From an uncultured Gammaproteobacteria bacterium (GTDB lineage Bacteria; Patescibacteriota; Microgenomatia; UBA10105; UBA927), in the NCBI GenBank assembly GCA_964629685.1, contig CAZVTT010000001.1:833319-897318 (forward strand): a stretch of DNA of 64,000 nt. Direction: 5' to 3'. This document shows positions 53,846-62,689 of the stretch, piece after piece. The translations under genes were made by a program, and so were the position numbers. Positions within the stretch are counted from its first letter, which is position 1; each line of letters starts with the position of its first letter. Under the pieces are notes generated by a model. That model searched no databases and was not told the origin of the DNA. It saw only the letters and a list, made by a program, of their open reading frames with translations.

Positions 53846-56326
53846 CTATGAGCCTTGAACCAGTCTGCAGCTATCCTGTAAACCGCTCGTAAATCCGGTC
53901 AAAAATCCATACCAGGTCCGTACGCCATTGGGAAAATTGGGGTTAGCAGTAAAACTGGTACAGTTCGGCCAGCCAGCTTCACCGGAATATCTGCACATAA
54001 AACCCATAAATGTTTGTGAGGCGTTTACGACACTTCCCAGACACCTCACTTGTGTCTGTGTAGCCGCAGGTGCACCTCCTGGAGGGTTTATTCCCGGACC
54101 ACAACCCATTCCGGTTGCCTGTGTAGCTCCACCAGCTGCAGATTCTTCTATCCATAAGGTAAGCGCAAAGAGGGGATTTATTCCTAATCCCGCTGCTGAA
54201 TTTTGTACATCCTGCCATTGCTGCCGCAGGTTTTGGGTACCTATAGCCTGATAACTGGGGTAGTACCGAACCATTAAATCTGCCGCACGGTTTATGGTCT
54301 CTTGTGTCGCTCTGCAACTGGTATCCTTAAATGGTATGGTGTATCCCAGCTGGCCGGGAGCAGAAACCCCTACATCCTCCGGTCCGGGTGACGGTGCGGG
54401 TATTTGCCCTAAAGAGTTGGGTTTGCCGGGCGGCGGAACTTCCGTTCGTCCGAACGTAAAATCGGTATCACAACCGAGTTGCGGTTTTTCTTCCTGGGTT
54501 ATATGTGAAGACACACCGCATCTCATGGCTTTAGCCTGAAATTCCGCTTTAAATAAATTTGTGCTGGTTTCTATATTGTTGGTATTCCCAAGCGGATCCT
54601 GATAACTGTTATTTACCCGCGATATCTCGGTTACTTCGGGGTCGTTCATAATTGCCGGCATTCTGGCGTTTGCCAGAACATCCTGATTCCTGGCAATAGC
54701 CTGGCTACGGGACATATAATTCCAGGATTGCACATGGCCAACACTAACAGGTTGCGGTGCGCCATTAACAGGATCAATAATACGGGCGATTAAATCAACA
54801 ATCCCCTGGATGCCTCTTAATACGACGTTAATAACAGGGGAGCCTCCCCCTAAGGCTCCATACGGGTTAGAACCGGTACTTCCCGTTTGGTTTATGGATG
54901 GCTGCTGTCCGTCTATTTGTTCATTACAGTCTCCTTCATCGAGTGTCATTTCTTCCGGAAGCTTATTGTTGTTGTCCCGTACAAAGTTGGGGGCATTAGG
55001 GTCAAGCACACCAGGACCCATCGCTGCCTGCAACCATTCCGTGCCGTCATCTGCAGTGTTAATCGTTCTATCCGGACCGGATTTTATGAGGTCTTCACCT
55101 TTTGTAACTCTATTGGGTGTGCAGATCTGGGATTTAAAGGACATAGTGTGATCCCTGGTGCTCATAACGGTTCTGTCTTTGGTAATCCAGGGCATATAAT
55201 CATTGGTTACTGCGCCTTCTAGTAAATTCGTTCGTGCAAACCAATTGCCGTACCATAGATTGGGTTTGCGGTAGTCAGGGTCAGATGGCGCAGGGATTAG
55301 GGCAGAAATATCCCGGGTAATATTTAAGCCCGTAAAATTATCGATAATATCCGTTAGTCCTGCCAAAACGGTAAGCGGAATTTGTTGATTTACATATTTA
55401 GTGGCTACTTTACAAATTGGCTGCTTTTTCCCGAAACCGGCACAGAGGTCAGTTTGAGCCGTCCATTTTTCCGGGAGATTGTTCGGGTTGGAAAAATCAA
55501 TGCTCTGATACCAGGCACACAATCCTTTATTTTCACAGTACATGAGTACTTCACCTACTCCCGCTCCGCTTATATTTAAGAGTGCCATCATTTGTCCGGA
55601 ATATGCCCCGCATCTGGCAGGACCGTGAAAAATAAGTTCGTTTACGGATCCCAAATCGCCAGTAAAAGGAGCGTCACAGGAAGTTGCAGCAGACATGGGG
55701 CGGGATTCATATACGGAAGTATATTCGTATCCGGCATTTTTGGCGTTGATTGCATTCGTATCGCCACATGCTAATTGCAGTTTTGTAAGCGTTCCGCCGG
55801 CATTTGGGTTGCTGAGATCGGTAATCCGTTGCATGGCATCCGCACCGTTACGGCAGTTTACTGTATTTGCCCAGGTCGTGTCCTCCAAAAATGCAATACG
55901 TCCGGCTTCAATTTCGTACGTGAGATGTTTCTCGTTCGAGCGTTGAATTACGTATTTTCGTCCTGTTGCCGGATCAGTATAGCCATAAACGCTATTTTTA
56001 ACTCCTCCCCAGCTAACATCGGCAGCGTAAACATATGCATCGAATTTGCAGGTCGTGGATTCTTCGGTTGCGTTAGCGCATGGAGTTATGAAATTAATTG
56101 TTTGGTTTGGCGAAAGTCCGCCACTGGGACAAACAGCCGGGGGAATTACCAAATCTCCTGATCCTGCACCGCCTTCTACATTTACACAGGATTGCTGTGG
56201 TGTAAAAAATCCGGGTCGTCTCCCGTCAGGTTTCGGCACAGGCGTTTGCGCATAAGAAACTCCCCTAAACAGTGTGAGGGTAATTATTAGACTACAAACC
56301 GTACCGACGAGCGATTTTCTCGTCAT
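53846..56326 (-). CDS. Large secreted Cys-rich protein with possible C-terminal lysozyme-like domain
   Basis: Signal peptide from ATG 56326 (..VSYA|Q), many Cys residues, C-terminal GINPLFALTLWIEES motif. Confidence 0.6.
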   Translation of the reverse strand: MTRKSLVGTVCSLIITLTLFRGVSYAQTPVPKPDGRRPGFFTPQQSCVNVEGGAGSGDLVIPPAVCPSGGLSPNQTINFITPCANATEESTTCKFDAYVYAADVSWGGVKNSVYGYTDPATGRKYVIQRSNEKHLTYEIEAGRIAFLEDTTWANTVNCRNGADAMQRITDLSNPNAGGTLTKLQLACGDTNAINAKNAGYEYTSVYESRPMSAATSCDAPFTGDLGSVNELIFHGPARCGAYSGQMMALLNISGAGVGEVLMYCENKGLCAWYQSIDFSNPNNLPEKWTAQTDLCAGFGKKQPICKVATKYVNQQIPLTVLAGLTDIIDNFTGLNITRDISALIPAPSDPDYRKPNLWYGNWFARTNLLEGAVTNDYMPWITKDRTVMSTRDHTMSFKSQICTPNRVTKGEDLIKSGPDRTINTADDGTEWLQAAMGPGVLDPNAPNFVRDNNNKLPEEMTLDEGDCNEQIDGQQPSINQTGSTGSNPYGALGGGSPVINVVLRGIQGIVDLIARIIDPVNGAPQPVSVGHVQSWNYMSRSQAIARNQDVLANARMPAIMNDPEVTEISRVNNSYQDPLGNTNNIETSTNLFKAEFQAKAMRCGVSSHITQEEKPQLGCDTDFTFGRTEVPPPGKPNSLGQIPAPSPGPEDVGVSAPGQLGYTIPFKDTSCRATQETINRAADLMVRYYPSYQAIGTQNLRQQWQDVQNSAAGLGINPLFALTLWIEESAAGGATQATGMGCGPGINPPGGAPAATQTQVRCLGSVVNASQTFMGFMCRYSGEAGWPNCTSFTANPNFPNGVRTWYGFLTGFTSGLQDSCRLVQGS

Positions 56327-56411
56327 AAATGCATCATAATGATAACAAATTGACAAAGCTTTTGCATCGTAAGTACAATAAGGAACACAATCCTGAAAGG
56401 AGATCGAGTAT

Positions 56412-57284
56412 ATGGCGCAAAAAATCAGAAAAGCAGTTATTCCGGCAGCGGGGTTTGGTACCCGCTTTCTGCCTCAGACTAAAGCCATGCCCAAGGAAAT
56501 GCTTCCGATTGTCGATAAGCCGGTAATTCAGTATGTAGTTGAAGAACTAGTTGCATCCGGGATTACCGATATAGTTATAGTCACCGGATGGCATAAGCGT
56601 TCAATCGAAGACCATTTTGATTATCCGTATGAGCTTATAAAAACACTTGAGCAGCAGAAAAAAGAGAAACTTCTGGATGAGGTGAAAAAAACTGCCGAAT
56701 TGGCAAATTTTATTTATATCCGTCAGAAGGGTCCGTACGGTAACGGTACTCCCGTTCGTTGTGCACGACAGGTGGTGGGAGATGAGCCATTTGTAGTCAT
56801 ATGGGGAGACGAATTTATTTACGCAGATCCGGCCCGGGCAAAACAATGTATCGATGTTTATGAAAAGTATGGAGATCCGGTTATATCCGCAGTACGTGTG
56901 CCAAAACACGACGTATCCCGATACGGCATCGTTGATGCTACAAATGTCGAGAAAAATATTTGGCAAATTAACAAACTTGTGGAAAAACCGTCAGAGGATG
57001 AAGCACCCTCTAACTTAGCTGCACACGGTTGTTATGTGTTAACCCCAGATATTTTCCCGATTTTGGAGAACCTGACACCGGGAAAGAGCGATGAAATTTG
57101 GTTAACCGATGCTATTCAGACATTAATGAAAACGCGTCCCGTATATGCTTGCGAAGTATTAAACGGGAAATACTACGACACAGGGAATAAACTTGAGTAT
57201 TTAAAAACAGTTGTAGCTTTTGCATTGCAGCATAAAGACCTAAACGGTGAATTCAGAGCTTATCTGAAGAGTTTAGATCTTTAA
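56412..57284 (+). CDS. galU: UTP--glucose-1-phosphate uridylyltransferase
   Basis: KAVIPAAGFGTRFLPQTKAMPKEMLPIVDKP, VEKP, LTDAI. SD AAGGAG and TTGACA-18-TACAAT promoter. Confidence 0.95.
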   Translation: MAQKIRKAVIPAAGFGTRFLPQTKAMPKEMLPIVDKPVIQYVVEELVASGITDIVIVTGWHKRSIEDHFDYPYELIKTLEQQKKEKLLDEVKKTAELANFIYIRQKGPYGNGTPVRCARQVVGDEPFVVIWGDEFIYADPARAKQCIDVYEKYGDPVISAVRVPKHDVSRYGIVDATNVEKNIWQINKLVEKPSEDEAPSNLAAHGCYVLTPDIFPILENLTPGKSDEIWLTDAIQTLMKTRPVYACEVLNGKYYDTGNKLEYLKTVVAFALQHKDLNGEFRAYLKSLDL

Positions 57285-57311
57285 TGTCCGTTTGCTGAGT
57301 TGTAGGTACCT

Positions 57312-57866
57312 ATGGCACGATCGAAAGTGGTGTTGCGGGTAAAAGGATTCGGATTTTTATTGTGGCACGGTCGCCATTATGCGTATCACATCCTTATAGG
57401 ATTGCTTTGGGCATGGGTTGTGCGTGAAATTTTTGAGACGTTTAGTGCCCGGGATATCTTTGTGGCTATTCTCGGGTCTTTGCTTCCAGATTTGGATCAT
57501 CTTGTTTACTGGTTGAGTTGGGGTAAACATGATGATTATACGGTTAAAATAATTGAACTATTCCGTACCAGGCAATGGCGAAATTTCGTTGTATTTTGTG
57601 AACGTTCCCACAAGCACAATACGAGCCTCATGACGCATAATATCTACTTTATGTTGCTTATATCCTTAATCGCTGGTATCGCTTTCTATTTTGACCGGCG
57701 GACAAGCTTAGTGTTTTTGGGAGCCATGGTATCCCATTATTCATTTGATATTTTTGATGATATTGCGACGTTGGGGTATATTAATTCCAATTGGAAGCGA
57801 TGGGGCCGGAAGAAGCCCGGAAAGAACAAACACGGTATGTCTGCTGCTCAGGTTAAGGAACAATAA
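57312..57866 (+). CDS. YdjM-like membrane metal-dependent hydrolase
   Basis: H..YH...G, GSLLPDLDH, THN, SHYSFD motifs. Confidence 0.7.
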   Translation: MARSKVVLRVKGFGFLLWHGRHYAYHILIGLLWAWVVREIFETFSARDIFVAILGSLLPDLDHLVYWLSWGKHDDYTVKIIELFRTRQWRNFVVFCERSHKHNTSLMTHNIYFMLLISLIAGIAFYFDRRTSLVFLGAMVSHYSFDIFDDIATLGYINSNWKRWGRKKPGKNKHGMSAAQVKEQ

Positions 57867-58602
57867 TCTGATACGTTCCGGATGAGATCGTTTCTTTTCC
57901 TATTTGCATTACGAAGTAATAAGAGTATTTACCCGGCATTAATAGCGGTATCCTTGCGTAGTGTTGGTTTCCGTCTAAAGAACTCATTTCTATTCCGTGT
58001 TCATACTTAGGTTTTATAACGAGTTGAACTTTACCCGCCGTTCTAGTAGTAGCTAAAAAAAGTACCGATCGGTCACCGCTGTTTACTATGGCGTGCTGTT
58101 CGGTAATGATTTCGGATGCCTCTGTCGTAGTCCGATTGCGACTATTTATAGACACAACGGTGACAGCAAATCCTGCCGAAAGCAGTACAAACCCAAACGA
58201 GGCCAACAGAAAGCCAGTTATTGAGGATACCGGAATATTCCATAATTTGAAGTAATTAAGTTTGGTTTCCTGTGCAATCTTAAATTTTAGGAGTTCCCCA
58301 TTTTCAAAGTAGTATCCGTGTCGATCCGGACACTGCCATACGGCAACGTTGGGAGGAATACTATCACTTCGGGCAAGTAATAGTTTTTTTGTACATATGG
58401 GGCAAGAAGGTATGGAAGGGATTTTGCTACCATGTTTAACGTTTCGGTTTCGTTTTACCTCATGCGCTTTAATAAAATTGGCGGAGAAACTGTCTAGCCA
58501 GTACGATTCACAGCGCGGGCAGCGGTAGTGAGTAATACTAATTCCCTGGTGATCTGTATGTACATGTTTTTCAAGTTCAGCATCACCATTGGGGCACCGC
58601 AT
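57853..58602 (-). CDS. Double zinc-ribbon (zf-TFIIB-like) protein with one TM and an extracytoplasmic beta domain
   Basis: CPNG...CPRCESYW and CPIC...CPDRHGYY, then a hydrophobic helix and a beta-rich C-terminus. Confidence 0.65.
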   Translation of the reverse strand: MRCPNGDAELEKHVHTDHQGISITHYRCPRCESYWLDSFSANFIKAHEVKRNRNVKHGSKIPSIPSCPICTKKLLLARSDSIPPNVAVWQCPDRHGYYFENGELLKFKIAQETKLNYFKLWNIPVSSITGFLLASFGFVLLSAGFAVTVVSINSRNRTTTEASEIITEQHAIVNSGDRSVLFLATTRTAGKVQLVIKPKYEHGIEMSSLDGNQHYARIPLLMPGKYSYYFVMQIGKETISSGTYQIIVP

Positions 58603-58804
58603 ATCTTCATTATAGTGATCTGTAATTTAATGAAACAAGGGGAAAAGTGAAGTCTTTGAAAACTGCAGATATCTTAATATCAAATTTGAGTAGCTTAAGC
58701 GGGATCTGAAGAAATGCACAGCAGAAATCCCCGCGGATATCAGCCGTAAATGGCATATGATTTATCTATACACGGGTATGTTGTGCTTTAACGAATCAGA
58801 AAAA

Positions 58805-59926
58805 CTAGTCTTTGTTGTATAGCACAGGCCCCCGTGGTCGCCTGCGCTTGCGGTAGTATATAAAAGCCAGAATTAGCGCAATGACCCAAACCGCTATGAG
58901 CAGCAGCCAAGCCTGACTGTAGTCGCTTCCTGAATTCTGGTCTGGTACTGGAGGCATCGGACTTACGGTAGGAGAGATATATGTGGATTCCGTCGGAGTT
59001 GGCGTTGTCTGTAAATCGACTATTTGTATAGTAGGCGTTGGTGTAGTACTGGTTTTGCCTGTGGGTGTCGTATTAAATGTTATAGTTTTGTTACAGCTGG
59101 AATTTGCCGCGGAGTATTTATTGTTATTGTCACGTAAACGGCAGGTTGCTGTAATACTGCCGGCTTTCGTATATGTGTGTGAGGTTGAGAGTGAACCGGG
59201 ACTTCCTACATTCTTGGTTATGAGTTGATTTTGTCCGTCTCCGAATGTAAATTCGGCTGCTGTTATATCTCCGTCGTCGTCTCTTCCCGTACAGGTCAGA
59301 CTAACATTGAGCGGCAGGTACGTTGAGGAAATAGGATTTACGATTAAGCTTGTACATACTGGATCGTTATTGGGGCCAGGTGTTCCTGTGGGCGTTGGAG
59401 TAGGTGTGCCGGTTGTTTGTGGTAAATATGTTAAATCCAATCTGTTGAGTGATGAACAATTCAGGATATTTTGTCCTTGCGCGTTTATGACCTGTGTATC
59501 ATTTTCCGAGCCGGTACATATAAACGATAGTGCACCGCCTCCGGAAACCGGCTTACTCTTAAACGTTAATGTGGCGAAGGTTCCGGTTCCCGATTTGGTT
59601 TCATTTAATGATGAAAAATATCCGTGCAGTTCCAGTCTCCCGTCATTATTGTTTGCGTATTGAAAATCACGGAAAAAGTCTCCCTTACTTACGTTTACAA
59701 GCTCAATATCATTGTAAGGAAATAGAATCGTTGCATCCGATCCGAAGGTGCTTTCATTTCCCGCGTCTATCTTCACTTTGACGTCAAAAGAAACGCCTTT
59801 TTGGGCTTTAATTACATCAGGATCTAATATCAATCTCGGAGCAGCCTCTATTTTTACAGGGGAAAGCAATGCAAGAATAATTGCAACAATACTAATATAA
59901 AGTGTCGTTAATTTAGTTTTCGTCAT
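58805..59926 (-). CDS. Membrane-anchored cohesin + PKD-domain surface protein
   Basis: Signal peptide, cohesin-like beta-sandwich (G.SFDVKVKI...G.DATI.F...GTGTFATLTFK), TP linker, PKD-like (FTFGDG..SHTYTKAG), TP linker, C-terminal TM and YYRKRRR. Confidence 0.72.
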   Translation of the reverse strand: MTKTKLTTLYISIVAIILALLSPVKIEAAPRLILDPDVIKAQKGVSFDVKVKIDAGNESTFGSDATILFPYNDIELVNVSKGDFFRDFQYANNNDGRLELHGYFSSLNETKSGTGTFATLTFKSKPVSGGGALSFICTGSENDTQVINAQGQNILNCSSLNRLDLTYLPQTTGTPTPTPTGTPGPNNDPVCTSLIVNPISSTYLPLNVSLTCTGRDDDGDITAAEFTFGDGQNQLITKNVGSPGSLSTSHTYTKAGSITATCRLRDNNNKYSAANSSCNKTITFNTTPTGKTSTTPTPTIQIVDLQTTPTPTESTYISPTVSPMPPVPDQNSGSDYSQAWLLLIAVWVIALILAFIYYRKRRRPRGPVLYNKD

Positions 59927-62063
59927 ATCGTGTTTCCAATACTTTTCTGAGGTAAAAGGCGTCTTTAATGTTTACGCATCCGTTGTAGTCAACATCACCG
60001 GTCTTTTTATCCTCGGAAGATAGTGAAGCACATGGTTTACTGAATAGCGTTGTCATTCTGGTAAAGTCACTCATATCGGCTTTCCCGTCCTGTGGAAATA
60101 AATCTCCCGGTTCCAACGGTAGTCCCGTAAAGTCAAACACTATCGGGTTAGGTGATGCATTTATCGTGATAAATGCGCCCCCATCTCTGGGACAAATTTC
60201 CGTTTGTCCTGTTTTATAACAATATTTCCTGCTAAGATGTTTTTCACCTTTAATATAAATCCAGTAATCCGTTCCTTCGGGTAATGGCGTTGTTAAAACC
60301 ACTTTGGCAGAATAGGTATTCCCCGATAGATGTCCCAGCGCAATCGGGGGCAGCACGATAGTATTCGACTGAGATCCACTTGATGTGGTTTGGGCCCGCA
60401 CGAAACGAATGTTTACTACTGCCCCTGTCGCCTGTGCTCCCGACACTCCGGTAAGTTTGAGCCGGAAATCAAGAGTTTGAGCCTGAGGTGCAGTAATTGA
60501 TAATTGAAAAACAGCGTTTGCAAGAATAATCGTAGGGCTAGTACGTTTTGCCAAAGTAATCCGGATCGGTATGGACCCTGTTGTAACTTTTTTAGCTTTG
60601 ATTTGTAAATGATCCAGCGGACACGGTGCGGAAATACCGTTAGTGCATCCGGAAAACGGACTTATATCCGCATAAGAATTATCGTCGATGCTCCAGGTGT
60701 ACAGGTATTCCTGTTGGTTTGTGACTACCTCGCCGTTTCTGCGGAGTAGTGTATACACGGCATATCCTTCATTGTCTCCATGTACGGTGGTGGTTATATT
60801 CGCCGAAGGATATTGTTCCAATGAGAACGTTTCTGCAATTGTGGGTGTGGGAGTCGGGGTAGAGGTTAATGTCGGTGTGGGAGTAACACTGTTTGTGGGA
60901 GTTGGTGTAGCCGTAACCGAACACGGTCCACGGTGTCCCATAAATTCATTTAGACTGGGGTTGCCGTATATTGCAGGTGAGTTGGGTAATAAACAGTATT
61001 CTGCACCAAATTTAGGATCTTCCGATATGTTGTTGTTTACATTTGTTTTGTCCGTTGTTCCACTGTAATTTCCGGCAGTATTTGTAACTATATCATTTCG
61101 TTTAAACGTAACATTTTCTCCCGAAGGTTTTATTTCCACACCGAATCCGGAATTTAAGGTAATAATATTTTTTTCAAGCAATATTGTGCTATTTGCCGGT
61201 GAATTTTCTATGTGTACCGCTCCCGTATTATTCTGATCAGTATACGTATTTGAAACGATGGTATTACCGAGTATATCCAGACGGGAAGTTTCGTATACGG
61301 CAATACCATGACCATGATTATTGCGGATAGTGTTAAAACGGATATCACCGGATGTGTTGGCAAAATAAATTCCGATAGAACTATCATGCAGCTGACTATT
61401 TGCTATAAGTATATTTTCGGAAGTTCGTGCGTCTACAGCCAATGCACTGCTGGTAACTTCCGTATTTGTAATACTTACGTTTGAAGCTGATCTGATTTGT
61501 ATCGTACTGGCGCTGGAATCAAATATATGTGCGTAAAGTATTTGGAATTGTGTAGTATTTTCGATCCGCACGATGCCATTACCGGTGCTGCCGCGGATTT
61601 GTAGCCATTCCATACTGCCGGTAGTGTTTTCGAAAAATATACCGCCGGTGTTCTGAGCAAACTCCAGTGTGGCTCCTTTTGAACCGGCTGAAGAGACTCC
61701 CGTAATTGTAACTTTTCCCTTATTGCGAACGTTAAGACTAAAAGGGGTACCGGTATCAGAAATACGATACACACCGGGATTAAGTTTAATAGTGTACCCG
61801 AGTGTGTTGTTATCCGGAATGGCGTTCACCGCCATTTGAATATCATGACACGTTCCTGTTTGATCGGTGACCGGCGTTACAAGTATTTCCCTGTTTACAG
61901 CTATACAGTTCTGTTCAGGTTCTGCTGCCTTTTGCCTCAATTCCATTCTTTTGTTCTGGAGAACCCAAAGGAGAATAGGGAGCACGATAAGTAATAATAC
62001 AAATAAGAATAGTTGTCCGACTGGGTTACGCAAGAGCGATTGATCCGATGACTTGTGTGGCAT
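59913..62063 (-). CDS. Right-handed beta-helix surface protein with C-terminal dockerin-like domain
   Basis: N-terminal TM, IQMAVN..TIKLNPGVY plus Asn-rich beta-helix repeats, TP linker, C-terminal GDLFPQDGKADMSD...GDVDYNGCVNIKDA duplicated Ca-loops. Confidence 0.72.
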   Translation of the reverse strand: MPHKSSDQSLLRNPVGQLFLFVLLLIVLPILLWVLQNKRMELRQKAAEPEQNCIAVNREILVTPVTDQTGTCHDIQMAVNAIPDNNTLGYTIKLNPGVYRISDTGTPFSLNVRNKGKVTITGVSSAGSKGATLEFAQNTGGIFFENTTGSMEWLQIRGSTGNGIVRIENTTQFQILYAHIFDSSASTIQIRSASNVSITNTEVTSSALAVDARTSENILIANSQLHDSSIGIYFANTSGDIRFNTIRNNHGHGIAVYETSRLDILGNTIVSNTYTDQNNTGAVHIENSPANSTILLEKNIITLNSGFGVEIKPSGENVTFKRNDIVTNTAGNYSGTTDKTNVNNNISEDPKFGAEYCLLPNSPAIYGNPSLNEFMGHRGPCSVTATPTPTNSVTPTPTLTSTPTPTPTIAETFSLEQYPSANITTTVHGDNEGYAVYTLLRRNGEVVTNQQEYLYTWSIDDNSYADISPFSGCTNGISAPCPLDHLQIKAKKVTTGSIPIRITLAKRTSPTIILANAVFQLSITAPQAQTLDFRLKLTGVSGAQATGAVVNIRFVRAQTTSSGSQSNTIVLPPIALGHLSGNTYSAKVVLTTPLPEGTDYWIYIKGEKHLSRKYCYKTGQTEICPRDGGAFITINASPNPIVFDFTGLPLEPGDLFPQDGKADMSDFTRMTTLFSKPCASLSSEDKKTGDVDYNGCVNIKDAFYLRKVLETRYDEN

Positions 62064-62183
62064 GTGACTTAAATAAATACGGCTATCTCTATAGTAGGCT
62101 TCAGTAAAATATATCGTCAAGGGTGACAACGGTTTTTGGCGTCAGTTGTACAATTATTGTCTTCTGTTTAGAATAACGCTTGT

Positions 62184-62681
62184 ATGAATCATATGCCAAA
62201 TGTCGAGATTGAACGTCGGTTTGTTATAGATTCTATTAATCTAAACCTAGCGGGATACAAGGGAGAACATATAGAGCAAGGCTATTTGTCAAACGCGAGC
62301 AGAATTCGCCGGATAACTTCCCATAAAATCCAGACCTACTACCATACCGAAAAAAGCGGATCCGGTTTAATTCGGAAAGAATCGGAACATACTATTTCAC
62401 AGAAAGAGTTTCTGACATTTTGGCCACAAACGGAGGGAAGAAGAATTTCTAAAATACGGTATAGCATTCCCGTCGGTGAGTATATTGCCGAGGTGGATGT
62501 ATTTGGCGGTGAATTGTCTGGTCATTGTATCGTCGAAGTAGAGTTTCCGTCCGAAGTTCAAGCATTATCATTTATCGTTCCAGACTGGTTTTTAGCGGGA
62601 GATAAATGTAAGGAAGTCACTGAGAATTCCAGGTATAGTAATTACAGCCTGGCTCTATATGGTTGGCCAAAAGCTGAGTAA
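62184..62681 (+). CDS. CYTH domain protein (adenylate cyclase/triphosphatase-like)
   Basis: EIERRF, IEQGYL, RIR, K.RY, EVDVF, VEVEF, EVT...YSN. Confidence 0.88.
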   Translation: MNHMPNVEIERRFVIDSINLNLAGYKGEHIEQGYLSNASRIRRITSHKIQTYYHTEKSGSGLIRKESEHTISQKEFLTFWPQTEGRRISKIRYSIPVGEYIAEVDVFGGELSGHCIVEVEFPSEVQALSFIVPDWFLAGDKCKEVTENSRYSNYSLALYGWPKAE

Positions 62682-62689
62682 TGTTGAAT

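Noticed and set aside
58640-58800. Intergenic inverted repeat (GCGGGATCT...AAATCCCCGC) as a riboswitch or ncRNA
   Set aside because: No recognisable aptamer motif, and the downstream gene has its own promoter after it. It may be only a terminator or stability hairpin.
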